This document shows, piece by piece, positions 22,119 through 33,705 of a DNA stretch of 64,000 nucleotides (the stretch's first letter is position 1; every line of letters starts with the position of its first letter). The notes under the pieces are model-generated. The model searched no databases. It worked only from the letters and a program-made list of their open reading frames with translations, and was not told where the DNA came from. The stretch is from an uncultured Verrucomicrobiae bacterium (GTDB lineage Bacteria > Verrucomicrobiota > Verrucomicrobiia > Chthoniobacterales > Terrimicrobiaceae), in NCBI GenBank assembly GCA_963706955.1, contig CAVPOC010000007.1:50086-114085 (forward strand), read 5' to 3'. The translations under genes were made by a program, and so were the position numbers.

Positions 22119-23036
22119 CTATCGGGAACTGGCCTCCGGCGGTGGCCGGTCTTTGTACCAGAGAATTCCACTGCGTCGCAAATTCGAAACCAGGGCCCGT
22201 AAGTTTTCGGCCATCTCGCGATCGGAGATGAGCGCGGCGAGCGCGCCCCTTCCCTGTTTCGCTTGCTGAATAAGTGAGCGGAGATCACCGATGGCCTTCT
22301 TGAGGTCATCGGCGGCACTCTTGGCCGAGGTAAACGTCTGATTAGCGGAGGTGAACGTCTCATTGGCCGAGGTGAAGGTCTGTTTCCCGGAATCGATCGC
22401 TTCCCCAGCCTTTTTTACCACGCCGTCAATCTTCTGGGAGGCTTCCGAGACGGCCGTGCTGGCTTCTTTGAGGTTCGCGAGAGTCGTGCTCAGATTCGCA
22501 ATTGTCGTATCCTTGAAGACTTCGGTGTTCAGCTTTTCGGCAACTTTGTTGATATTGCCCACCGCGGTTTGGACGTCCGTCAGGAGCGACGCAGCCTGCT
22601 CGAAGACATCGCCCATGCCTGCTTCACTCTTCCCCTGGATGACCGCGCCTGGGGCAATCGGCGGTGCCGACTTGGCATCCTTACCGAGAACGATCTGGAT
22701 GAAACGGTCGCCAAGAAGACCCGAGCTGCCAATGGTGAACTCCGCAGCGGTAGGAATTTTAACCTCCTCGTAAATCCTTAAATCTATGTAAACGCCATCC
22801 ATGTCCGGCAGGATCACGGGATTGTTCTCGACGGAACCGATCTTAGCACCTGCCAGAAGGACGCTGGCTCCCTTGTAGATTCCGCTCGCGTTCGCATATT
22901 CGACGCGAATTCTGTAGGCACCATGAATGCTTTCTCCAAAGCGTCCGAAGTAGACCACCATCAGTCCTATGGCGAGCAGACCGATTGCCATGAAGATGCC
23001 CACTCGCAACTGTGATGCACGTTCTTTGGAGGTCAT
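22119..23036 (-). CDS. mlaD: MCE/MlaD family protein
   Basis: N-terminal TM RVGIF, ASGI..GASV.LAG.KIG.V, SSGLLGDRFI, helical C-terminus. Confidence 0.85.
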   Translation of the reverse strand: MTSKERASQLRVGIFMAIGLLAIGLMVVYFGRFGESIHGAYRIRVEYANASGIYKGASVLLAGAKIGSVENNPVILPDMDGVYIDLRIYEEVKIPTAAEFTIGSSGLLGDRFIQIVLGKDAKSAPPIAPGAVIQGKSEAGMGDVFEQAASLLTDVQTAVGNINKVAEKLNTEVFKDTTIANLSTTLANLKEASTAVSEASQKIDGVVKKAGEAIDSGKQTFTSANETFTSANQTFTSAKSAADDLKKAIGDLRSLIQQAKQGRGALAALISDREMAENLRALVSNLRRSGILWYKDRPPPEASSR

Positions 23037-23042
23037 AAGGCT

Positions 23043-23804
23043 CTAATCTTCGCCGTCCTCCGAATGTCCGTCCACAAAATCCCTAACGATGGAATCTTGG
23101 GTAGCATGCAGATCATCGAGTGTCCCGTAGAAATGGCGCCGGCCTTCGTTGAGCAAGGCAACCCGATCAGCGATCCGATTGCAACTGGTCAAATCATGCG
23201 TGACAACAACCGAGGTGACCGAAAGTTGCTCTTGGAGTCTTCGAATCAGCCGATTAATACTGTCGGAGACGATCGGATCGAGGCCGGCAGTCGGTTCGTC
23301 GTAGAGGATGACCTGCGGAGGGGAGATAATTGCACGGGCGAGGGCCACGCGCTTGCGCATGCCGCCGCTCAGATTCACAGGCATTTTCTTGTCGTGGCCG
23401 CTCATGTTTACGAGGGCGAGCGCTTCGTGCACTTTCTGCCGGACAACCTTCTCGTTCTTTTCACCGCGCTCTTGAAGGGGAAAGGCGACATTGTCATACA
23501 CGGTTAACGAATCGAAAAGCGCGCCATCCTGAAAGAGCATGCCGATCTTGCGGCGCACCGGCGCGAGTTGGCGCTCATCCAAGTGCGCGATGTCCTCTCC
23601 CTCAAAGAGGATCTCCCCGGAGATCGGTTTCATCAAGCCAATCAAATGACGGAGAAAGACGCTTTTACCCCCGCCGCTTTTCCCGAGGAGCACCAACGTT
23701 TCGCCTTGAAAAATGTCGAGCGAAAATCCCCGGAGGATCTCCTGCTTGCCGATCTTTTGCACGAGATCGCGCACGGAGATGAGAGGCTCTACTTCTTCGC
23801 TCAT
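23043..23804 (-). CDS. mlaF: MlaF-like ABC ATPase
   Basis: GKSGGGKS, LFQDGALFDSLTV.DNVAFPL, LSGGMRKRVALARA, YDEPTAGLDP. Start trimmed to 23804. Confidence 0.9.
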   Translation of the reverse strand: MSEEVEPLISVRDLVQKIGKQEILRGFSLDIFQGETLVLLGKSGGGKSVFLRHLIGLMKPISGEILFEGEDIAHLDERQLAPVRRKIGMLFQDGALFDSLTVYDNVAFPLQERGEKNEKVVRQKVHEALALVNMSGHDKKMPVNLSGGMRKRVALARAIISPPQVILYDEPTAGLDPIVSDSINRLIRRLQEQLSVTSVVVTHDLTSCNRIADRVALLNEGRRHFYGTLDDLHATQDSIVRDFVDGHSEDGED

Positions 23805-24592
23805 CGCTGTCCTGCCGGAAAGAGGATATTGAGGAACATGGTGAGAAAGAAATTGGCGATCAAGATGCAGAGCGAACAGATCACGACGGTTTCGGTGGTG
23901 GCGCGTCCGACCCCGACGGCACCGTCCTTGGCATTCAAGCCTTCTCGACAGCTGATAAAGACGATGATGTTCGCAAAGACGAATCCTTTGATCAGCGACA
24001 TCGCGATATCGCTGGCCTCGGTAAACTTCTGCATATTGTTGACGAAGTAGACCCCTTCGATATTGAGCACATGCACGGCGACGAGGTAAGAGGCGAGGAT
24101 CCCGCAACCGACAGATTCGACCACCAATAAGGGCATGGAAATCAACATCGCCAAGGCCCGCGGAACCACCAGGTAGTCCACCGGGTGAACCGCGAGCGCA
24201 CGCAGCGCATCGATCTGTTGGGTCACCTTCATGGTCCCAATTTCCGCACTCATGGCAGCGCCAACTCGTCCTGCGACCATCAAGCCCGTCAAGACGGGGC
24301 CCAACTCGCGGAACATCGATAAAGTGACCACCGGACCCACCGCCGTCTCCATGTTCAAGCTGGCAAATTGAAAGTAGGCCTGCGCGGTAAACACCGCCCC
24401 GGTAAATGCCCCCGTGACAACGACGATGAGCTGGGATCCGTATCCGATTTCAGCGATCTGCAGCAGCGTCAGCCTAAAACGAATCCGTGCCGCAAAGATC
24501 GACCGAAAGGTCTCTCCAGCCAACAAAGCGACCTGACCCAGGTAGGTGAAGAAACCAAAAAGCCCGCTTTTGACGAGATCGAGCAGGGCCAT
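23801..24592 (-). CDS. mlaE: MlaE family ABC permease
   Basis: RELGPVLTGLMVAGRVGAAM.AEIGTMKVT.QIDAL, GA.GVGRATT. Confidence 0.92.
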   Translation of the reverse strand: MALLDLVKSGLFGFFTYLGQVALLAGETFRSIFAARIRFRLTLLQIAEIGYGSQLIVVVTGAFTGAVFTAQAYFQFASLNMETAVGPVVTLSMFRELGPVLTGLMVAGRVGAAMSAEIGTMKVTQQIDALRALAVHPVDYLVVPRALAMLISMPLLVVESVGCGILASYLVAVHVLNIEGVYFVNNMQKFTEASDIAMSLIKGFVFANIIVFISCREGLNAKDGAVGVGRATTETVVICSLCILIANFFLTMFLNILFPAGQR

Positions 24593-24626
24593 TCAACGGT
24601 GGCTACGAAGCGAAGAGTCTCTCGCG

Positions 24627-24899
24627 CTAGGCGGCGGCATTTTCAATCCGCTGCGTACTCTTCTTCGAATTGATCTCTGGCGGCAACTGACCAACGAATT
24701 TTGCTTCTAAGCCAGTTTTGATAAAGACGGACTTCAGGGTGGAAAGCGTTGGAACACTTTCGGTGAACTCCATATATACAATGTCGTGATTGGTGTCCAC
24801 CTTGTAGCGAAGGCCGGCAATCACGTCCAACTCCAGGGCGAGCGCCATCATCTTCTCGGGATTACGCACACCGGCGGCATACACCTCAAGTTCGATCAT
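24627..24899 (-). CDS. small hypothetical protein (about 90 aa, ferredoxin/HMA-like pattern without CxxC)
   Basis: MIELEVYAAGVR...GLRYKVD..HDIVYMEF...TL..LKSVF...GLEAKFVG; fills the gap co-directionally with mlaE. Confidence 0.7.
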   Translation of the reverse strand: MIELEVYAAGVRNPEKMMALALELDVIAGLRYKVDTNHDIVYMEFTESVPTLSTLKSVFIKTGLEAKFVGQLPPEINSKKSTQRIENAAA

Positions 24900-25039
24900 G
24901 CCAGAATGCTTCGTCGGCGGCCGGTCAAAATCAAGGCACAATTTGAAGGAGAGGATTAGACGCTCTCCAATCTGTCGAATTGTGCGGTTTGCCTTTGCGA
25001 GGGTCGCGGTTATCGGGTAGATCGGTCCGCCGTCTAGTC

Positions 25040-28265
<3,226 letters not shown>

Positions 28266-28320
28266 CTCCACCGTCTTAGCGAGCGTGCCATGCTTGCAGG
28301 CATTGCGCGGCGTATTTGTT

Positions 28321-28380
28321 TTAGCGGCGATGTCCTCATCGCCGGAGTGATCTTCGGCGGCGGGGACGCCGCCGCTACAG
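28321..28380. repeat. REP doublet, family 1
   Basis: TTAG CGGCGATG TCCT CATCGCCG ... CGGCGGCG GGGA CGCCGCCG CTACA between convergent carB and the cNMP-binding gene. Confidence 0.85.
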
Positions 28381-28418
28381 CAAATGAGCGATTCGACGTT
28401 GAATGATGTTGGCCACCT

Positions 28419-28910
28419 TCAGGGTTCCACCAGCAGGGAGGCGCGGACGACCGCCAACTCTGCCTCTTCCATCAGGCGCCGCGTCACCGACCGTAATCGC
28501 TTGCTGAGAACCGACGCCAGGCTGATGACGAGTTGCATGCCGGCTTGAGGATAATTGTTGATAAACTCCTCGAGATTCGGGCGGCTAATCGCCCAATATT
28601 GAACTCGCTCGACAACGATCACCGAGCACATGGCGCTGACGGGGTCAAAGAGATCCACTTCGCCCACCCATTCCCCACTGCGAATCGTCCCAAGCAATAC
28701 CTCCCGGTCCCCGTCACGACGAACGGCATGAAGCAGACCACTGAGGATAAAGAAGAGGCGACCCTGCGAATCACCCTGCGTGATCAACACCTCGCGCTGA
28801 TCGGCCAGGTGAAAGTCGCCGTATGAACTGCAAATGCCTCGTTCTTCGTCCGACAGCGTAGCCACCGGACCCACGGCGGGAAGATAGGGACCTTCAAGTT
28901 CCTCAGGCAT
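28419..28910 (-). CDS. stand-alone cyclic nucleotide-binding domain protein
   Basis: LI.QGD....LFFILSG.L, LG.I..GE.VGEV.LFD....SA.CSV; no HTH. Confidence 0.8.
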   Translation of the reverse strand: MPEELEGPYLPAVGPVATLSDEERGICSSYGDFHLADQREVLITQGDSQGRLFFILSGLLHAVRRDGDREVLLGTIRSGEWVGEVDLFDPVSAMCSVIVVERVQYWAISRPNLEEFINNYPQAGMQLVISLASVLSKRLRSVTRRLMEEAELAVVRASLLVEP

Positions 28911-29169
28911 GCGGCAGAAACTACAGCATCTATCGGAAAATCACTTCCGAAAAGCTCATCCTCCTCCATGTCCGGCCGCCTTCCATTGTCTACACAACCA
29001 CCTCAGCCAGGGCCGACGCTCGAAGGTCGGATCACGCTCCAGGAGCCGACGCTAATCGCTCTTTTCCAGAAGCTTTCATACGCCGAATCGACGCGCGCTG
29101 GAAAAACTCTTCTTGCGCACTGCGGCCGTCGATGTAACTCTAGAAGGTTTACAAAGTTCAAAGAAGAAA

Positions 29170-29430
29170 ATGGCAAAAGCAGAAACGTTCGAGGTCGATA
29201 CTCTTCGGCTTCATGAGAAGGATACAGGCAGCGCGGATGTTCAGATAGCGTTGCTGACAAAACGCATTAACGAGCTCACCGAGCATCTCAAGGGTCATGT
29301 GAAGGATCACGCTTCACGACGGGGGCTTCTCAAGCTGGTGGCTCAGCGCCGCAGTTTACTGGACTACTTAAGGAATACAGCTTCCGACCGGTATCAAACG
29401 GTTGTCGAGAAGCTTGGTTTGCGCAAATAG
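29170..29430 (+). CDS. rpsO: 30S ribosomal protein S15
   Basis: [47 protein letters not shown]...LGLRK. Confidence 0.98.
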   Translation: MAKAETFEVDTLRLHEKDTGSADVQIALLTKRINELTEHLKGHVKDHASRRGLLKLVAQRRSLLDYLRNTASDRYQTVVEKLGLRK

Positions 29431-29516
29431 CACTTGCAAGTCGAAGCCCCGCTTCTGGGGCATTCATTTAAAACCGTTTCGGGCTCGCTGTGCCACGAAA
29501 CGAATTAGGTTAGATT

Positions 29517-31646
29517 ATGTCTCATTCCGTTACGGCCACTGTTGGCCAAACCTCCATCACCATTGAAACAGGCAAGCTGGCGCGACTCGCCGATGGTGCA
29601 GTTACAATTCGCTCCGGGGAGACCATTGTTCTCGTCTCCGCTGTTTCCGCGACGACCGTTAAAGAAGGTCAGGATTTCTTTCCACTTACTGTTGATTATC
29701 GGGAGAAAGCGGCGGCGGTTGGAAAATTTCCCGGCGGCTATTTCAAACGAGAAGGGCGTCCTTCGGAGAAGGAGACGCTTACCTGTCGGATGACGGACCG
29801 CCCGTTGCGGCCCCTCTTTCCGAAAGGCTATCTTTACGACACGCAGATTATCGGCGTTCTGCTGAGCGCCGACGGCGAACACGATCCCGATATGCTCTTT
29901 ATCAATGGTGCCAGTGCGGCGCTTTGCGTCTCGGACGTTCCGTTTGCCGGGCCCGTGGGTGCGGTTCGCGTCGGCCGTGTTGATGGCGAGTTTATCGTCA
30001 ATCCGATGCACAGTCAGCGCGCTACGAGCGACCTAGATCTTGTCTACGTGGGAACAGAGGACCAGGTGGTAATGATTGAAGGCGAAGCCAAAGAGATTTC
30101 TGAGGCCGACTTCGTCGCGGCGTTGGCTTTCGCGCATGAAGAGGTCCGCCACCTCATCGCCGCGCAACAGGAACTGATGGTCGCCGCTGGAAAACCAAAG
30201 CGCCAGGCAGCGCTCTTCGTTGTTCCTGACGAACTTCTCGAGATCGCCTATCGCGTCGCCGGCGATCGCATCGAAGCGGCGCTCTACACTCCCAGCAAGG
30301 TCGCTCGGCAAAAAGCGGTCGAGGCGCTCAGAGATGAGGTCGACGCGGCCATCCTGGAAACCTATCCCGAAGCGACGAAGTTCGAGATCAGCCAGGCTTT
30401 TGATTACCTGCAGAAGAAAGCGTTTCGGATCAGTATTCTCGACAAGAAGATCCGGTGTGATGGACGCAGCTACGAGCAAATCCGTCCCCTGAGCGCCGAG
30501 ACAGGCCTTCTTCCCAGAAGTCACGGCAGCGCCCTTTTTCAACGGGGCGAAACCCAAGCCATCTGCCTGGCGACGCTGGCGCCTGCCGATGAAGCTCAAG
30601 AGCTCGACGGCTATACGGGCGGAGAAACCAGTAAGCGCTTTATCCTCCACTATAACTTTCCGCCGTTCAGTGTCGGTGAAACTGGCCGCACGGGCAGCCC
30701 TGGCCGCCGGGAGATCGGCCATGGAGCGCTTGCCGAGCGGAGCATCGCGCCGGTCATTCCTGAGGTCAGTGAATTCCCCTATGCCATTCGTGTGAGCAGC
30801 GAGATCATGGAATCGAACGGCTCGAGCTCCATGGCCAGCGTCTGCGCCGGTGTTCTCGCGCTGATGGATGCAGGTGTTCCCATCAGCAAGCCGGTCGGCG
30901 GGATCAGCTGCGGGCTCGTCACTGAATTCAGTGGCGACGTGATTTCGCGCTATACGTTGCTAACGGACATTATTGGCAGCGAGGATTACTTCGGCGATAT
31001 GGACTTCAAGTTATGCGGCACGGAAAGCGGCATCACAGGCTTCCAACTTGACCTCAAGCTTGCCGGAATTCCGCTCAAGCTTATGGAGGAAGCGATTTAT
31101 CGCGCCCGAGACGCGCGTTTCGAAGTGCTCAAGGTGATGAATCTCGCTCTCGACGCTCCGCGCGCCGAGTTAAGCCCATACGCGCCCCGGATTGAGACCA
31201 TTCGGATCAAGCCGGACAAGATTGGACTGGTCATTGGCCCAGGCGGCAAGACGATCAAAGGGATCGTGGCGGAGACTGGCGCAGAAATTAATATCGAAGA
31301 TGATGGTTCGATTCATATCTATTCGAGCAGCGGTGAGAGCCTCAAACGAGCCAAGGAAATTATCCTGGGCATGACCAAAGAAATTGCCGTTGGTGAAGTC
31401 TACCAGGGGACCGTTGTCTCAACCAAAGAGTTCGGCGCCTTCGTCGAAGTTCTTCCCGGCAAGGACGGCCTTTGTCACATTTCGGAGCTCGCCGACTTTC
31501 GTGTGAACAGGACCGAGGACGTTGTCAAAGTCGGCGATACCATCTGGGTTAAATGTATCGGTGTCGACGACAAGGGACGCGTCAAACTCAGCCGCAAGGC
31601 TGCCATGAAAGATCGCGACGCCAAGGCGGCCGGACTCGCTGCCTAG
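29517..31646 (+). CDS. pnp: polyribonucleotide nucleotidyltransferase
   Basis: DFFPLTVDYREK, RREIGHG.LAER, ESNGSSSMAS, GDMDFK, KH and S1 domains; follows rpsO. Confidence 0.98.
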   Translation: MSHSVTATVGQTSITIETGKLARLADGAVTIRSGETIVLVSAVSATTVKEGQDFFPLTVDYREKAAAVGKFPGGYFKREGRPSEKETLTCRMTDRPLRPLFPKGYLYDTQIIGVLLSADGEHDPDMLFINGASAALCVSDVPFAGPVGAVRVGRVDGEFIVNPMHSQRATSDLDLVYVGTEDQVVMIEGEAKEISEADFVAALAFAHEEVRHLIAAQQELMVAAGKPKRQAALFVVPDELLEIAYRVAGDRIEAALYTPSKVARQKAVEALRDEVDAAILETYPEATKFEISQAFDYLQKKAFRISILDKKIRCDGRSYEQIRPLSAETGLLPRSHGSALFQRGETQAICLATLAPADEAQELDGYTGGETSKRFILHYNFPPFSVGETGRTGSPGRREIGHGALAERSIAPVIPEVSEFPYAIRVSSEIMESNGSSSMASVCAGVLALMDAGVPISKPVGGISCGLVTEFSGDVISRYTLLTDIIGSEDYFGDMDFKLCGTESGITGFQLDLKLAGIPLKLMEEAIYRARDARFEVLKVMNLALDAPRAELSPYAPRIETIRIKPDKIGLVIGPGGKTIKGIVAETGAEINIEDDGSIHIYSSSGESLKRAKEIILGMTKEIAVGEVYQGTVVSTKEFGAFVEVLPGKDGLCHISELADFRVNRTEDVVKVGDTIWVKCIGVDDKGRVKLSRKAAMKDRDAKAAGLAA

Positions 31647-32785
31647 TGCAGTCTAACGCATTGATATAAGATACGCGAGGTGTCAGAGTCAATGAGTGAA
31701 CGACAAGAAAGTAGTGATTAGTCCGCGTGAACGCAGAGAACTGAGCCGGCGGGTTCGGTCTCGAACGATAGGAGCCGAGGATGCCCCACGCGCTCAAGTT
31801 ATTCTTGCGCTGGGCTCGGGGCTTGGAGTGAGTGCGGTAGCAGGCATGCGTAGGTGTAGTTCCTCTTATGTGCAGCGCTGGAGAGAGCGTTTTATGGCAA
31901 GCCGTCTGGCGGGACTGGTGGCCCGTCATCAAGGTCGCAAACTGCGGCACGATGCCGCGAAGCTTGAGGCACGCATTTTGGAGTGGACCCGACGTGGCGC
32001 TCAGGACGGAACCACCGACTGGAGCAGCCGTCGGTTGGCCGTCGCGCTTGGCACCAATCACATGACCGTTTCGCGGGTTTGGGCTCGGCACGGCCTTCAA
32101 CCTTACCGGTTGCGCCGTTACATGCTGAGCGAGGATCGCGACTTCGAGAAGAAGGCCGCCGACATTATCGGCCTTTATCTGAACCCTCCTGATCACGCCG
32201 CCGTCTTTTGCGTAGACGAAAAGACTGCAATCTAAGCCCTGGACCGCCTGGATCCGGTGCTGCCCCTTTCTCCCGGCAGAGCCGAGGCTCACGGTTTTGA
32301 GTATTACCGCCATGGAACTCTTTCTCTTTACGCGGCTCTTAATACGCGAAGCGGAGAAATCCTTGGTAAGACGGCTCAACGCCATACGAGCACGGAGTGC
32401 GACGACTTTCTTGCCCAAGTGATGGCCTCTCAGCCCCTCGGACGTCAGATCTACGTCATCGCTGATAATCTCTCGGCCCATAAAACCAAACTCGTCGATG
32501 ACTTTCTGGCTTATCATTTTTAAGTTTGTATTTATTTTATGTTTATTTATTTTTTTTGGTTTAATTAAGTCGAAATCTGGTTCGCCAAAGTTTGAGAGCG
32601 CGCGAGATCAAGGTCATAGAGCAGAGCGCATCGCACATCTTCGGCTCGCCGGTCTATGGCTGAGGCTTATGCGTTACATCAAGGCGTTACATCGAGACGG
32701 ATACTACAATCTAAAGGGTGCTAACTATGTAGAAAACCATACGAACCTATAGCGTGAGATCGTTCAACTGTTACAGCTGCACTAG
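31643..32785 (+). mobile_element. IS630-family insertion sequence, inactivated
   Basis: Ends CTAGTGCAGTCTAAC ... GTTACAGCTGCACTAG (imperfect inverted repeats, CTAG at both ends). Transposase motifs WSSRRLA, DFEKKAADIIGLYLNPP.HAAVFCVDEK, YYRHGTLSLYAAL, IADNLSAHKT. Confidence 0.92.
31696..32756 (+). pseudogene. IS630 transposase pseudogene
   Basis: CAA>TAA stop at 32233 (KTAI*ALDR), C-free tract 32516-32570 with two more stops, and an indel-rich 3' end still showing LMRYIKA. Confidence 0.9.
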
Positions 32786-32828
32786 TACGCGGATAGTTTG
32801 TAAGAACTACAAGCCGCAATCGACGAGC

Positions 32829-32888
32829 TGTAGGGGCACTTGCGTCAAGCGCCCAGCGAATCCAGAGGCGCTTGGCACAAGCGCCTTC
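32829..32888. repeat. REP doublet, family 2 (GTRG-AGGCGCTTG-NNN-CAAGCGCCT)
   Basis: TGTAG GGGCACTTG CGT CAAGCGCCC agcgaatccag AGGCGCTTG GCA CAAGCGCCT. Confidence 0.75.
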
Positions 32889-32904
32889 TCCCATGACTGA
32901 ATGG

Positions 32905-33090
32905 TCCACAGATTACACCGATTAACACGGATTATGGTTTGGGCGTGAAGAGCGATGAACCTGCCAAGTTCGACAATACTCTGCCAGCCGCGAATCGTAA
33001 AAAGCCCGGAAAGCCAATCGCTGAATGACTCTTACCGCTGCCGTCAGCGATTTGCCGAAGTCATCTATGTCGATCTGCGAAACCTGTGGA
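32905..33090. repeat. about 185-bp element bounded by imperfect 28-nt inverted repeats with ~9-nt CACAGAT periodicity
   Basis: TCCACAGATTACACCGATTAACACGGAT versus reverse complement of 33063-33090, TCCACAGGTTTCGCAGATCGACATAGAT. Confidence 0.6.
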
Positions 33091-33101
33091 TTTCTTTCGT
33101 C

Positions 33102-33125
33102 AGGCGCTTGGCACAAGCGCCTCCA
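33102..33125 (-). repeat. single family-2 REP
   Basis: AGGCGCTTG GCA CAAGCGCCT CCA, same palindrome as at 32866 and 54567. Confidence 0.75.
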
Positions 33126-33192
33126 TAAATTTTCGTATTTCGTAGCGGGAAATATTATAACTTAACACATCTGCGGATGGCGGGGTGCATCC

Positions 33193-33247
33193 GTCGCGAC
33201 CGTGTCACCACGGTCGAGGGCACGGCGGTGAGGACACCGCCGCTACA
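33193..33247. repeat. REP doublet, family 1, directly upstream of the RAYT remnant
   Basis: GTCG CGACCGTG TCAC CACGGTCG ... CGGCGGTG AGGA CACCGCCG CTACA. Confidence 0.8.
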
Positions 33248-33264
33248 ACTTAAAGCGCCCGCGA

Positions 33265-33549
33265 GTGCCCAATCGACCACCGCGCCTTAAGGTCTTTCAA
33301 CGTTATGACCTGCCGTTGTTTTTCGTGACGTCCAGCACGCACAAACGGAAATCACTTCTGGCCAATCAGACAGTCCACGACATCTTCATCGCCTATTGTG
33401 AAAAAGGATCACTCCGCGGGGCAGGTGTTGGCCGGTATGTGTTGATGCCCGACCACATTCATCTTTTACAAGATGGCTGCGGGGGAACGCAAGAATGCAT
33501 ACGCGACCTGATGGCCGGGTACGTCGCTGTGGTCTTTGAGAAGTCGTAA
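33265..33549 (+). pseudogene. truncated REP-associated tyrosine transposase (RAYT, HUH/Y1)
   Basis: R.PRL..F..Y....FFVT..T..RK..L ... YVLMPDHIHLL (HUH motif). Similarity stops after about 33470, so the catalytic Tyr region is missing; adjacent to REPs. Confidence 0.8.
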
Positions 33550-33705
33550 GTGCGCAGATTCAAGAGGCCGTCTCGTTAAAAATCACGCGTTCAACTAGAA
33601 CGTGGCTTGCGCTCCGGCCCCGGTGGCAAGTGTGACGAGAACGTTACAATTCCCGTCTTTGAGGCAGGCGTGTTGTCGGCAAGTCTCCGTGGCCTTGTCT
33701 CAACT

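Noticed and set aside
32516..32570. T-rich tract as a terminator, origin or DGR variable region
   Set aside because: It back-translates in frame to the conserved IS630 motif; there is no preceding hairpin, and DGRs mutate adenines and need a reverse transcriptase and template repeat, none of which is seen
32498..32752. 84-aa ORF with a very hydrophobic N-terminus (MTFWLIIFKFVFILCLFIFFGLIK), resembling a membrane toxin
   Set aside because: The hydrophobicity comes from the T-rich converted tract read off-frame inside the IS630 pseudogene
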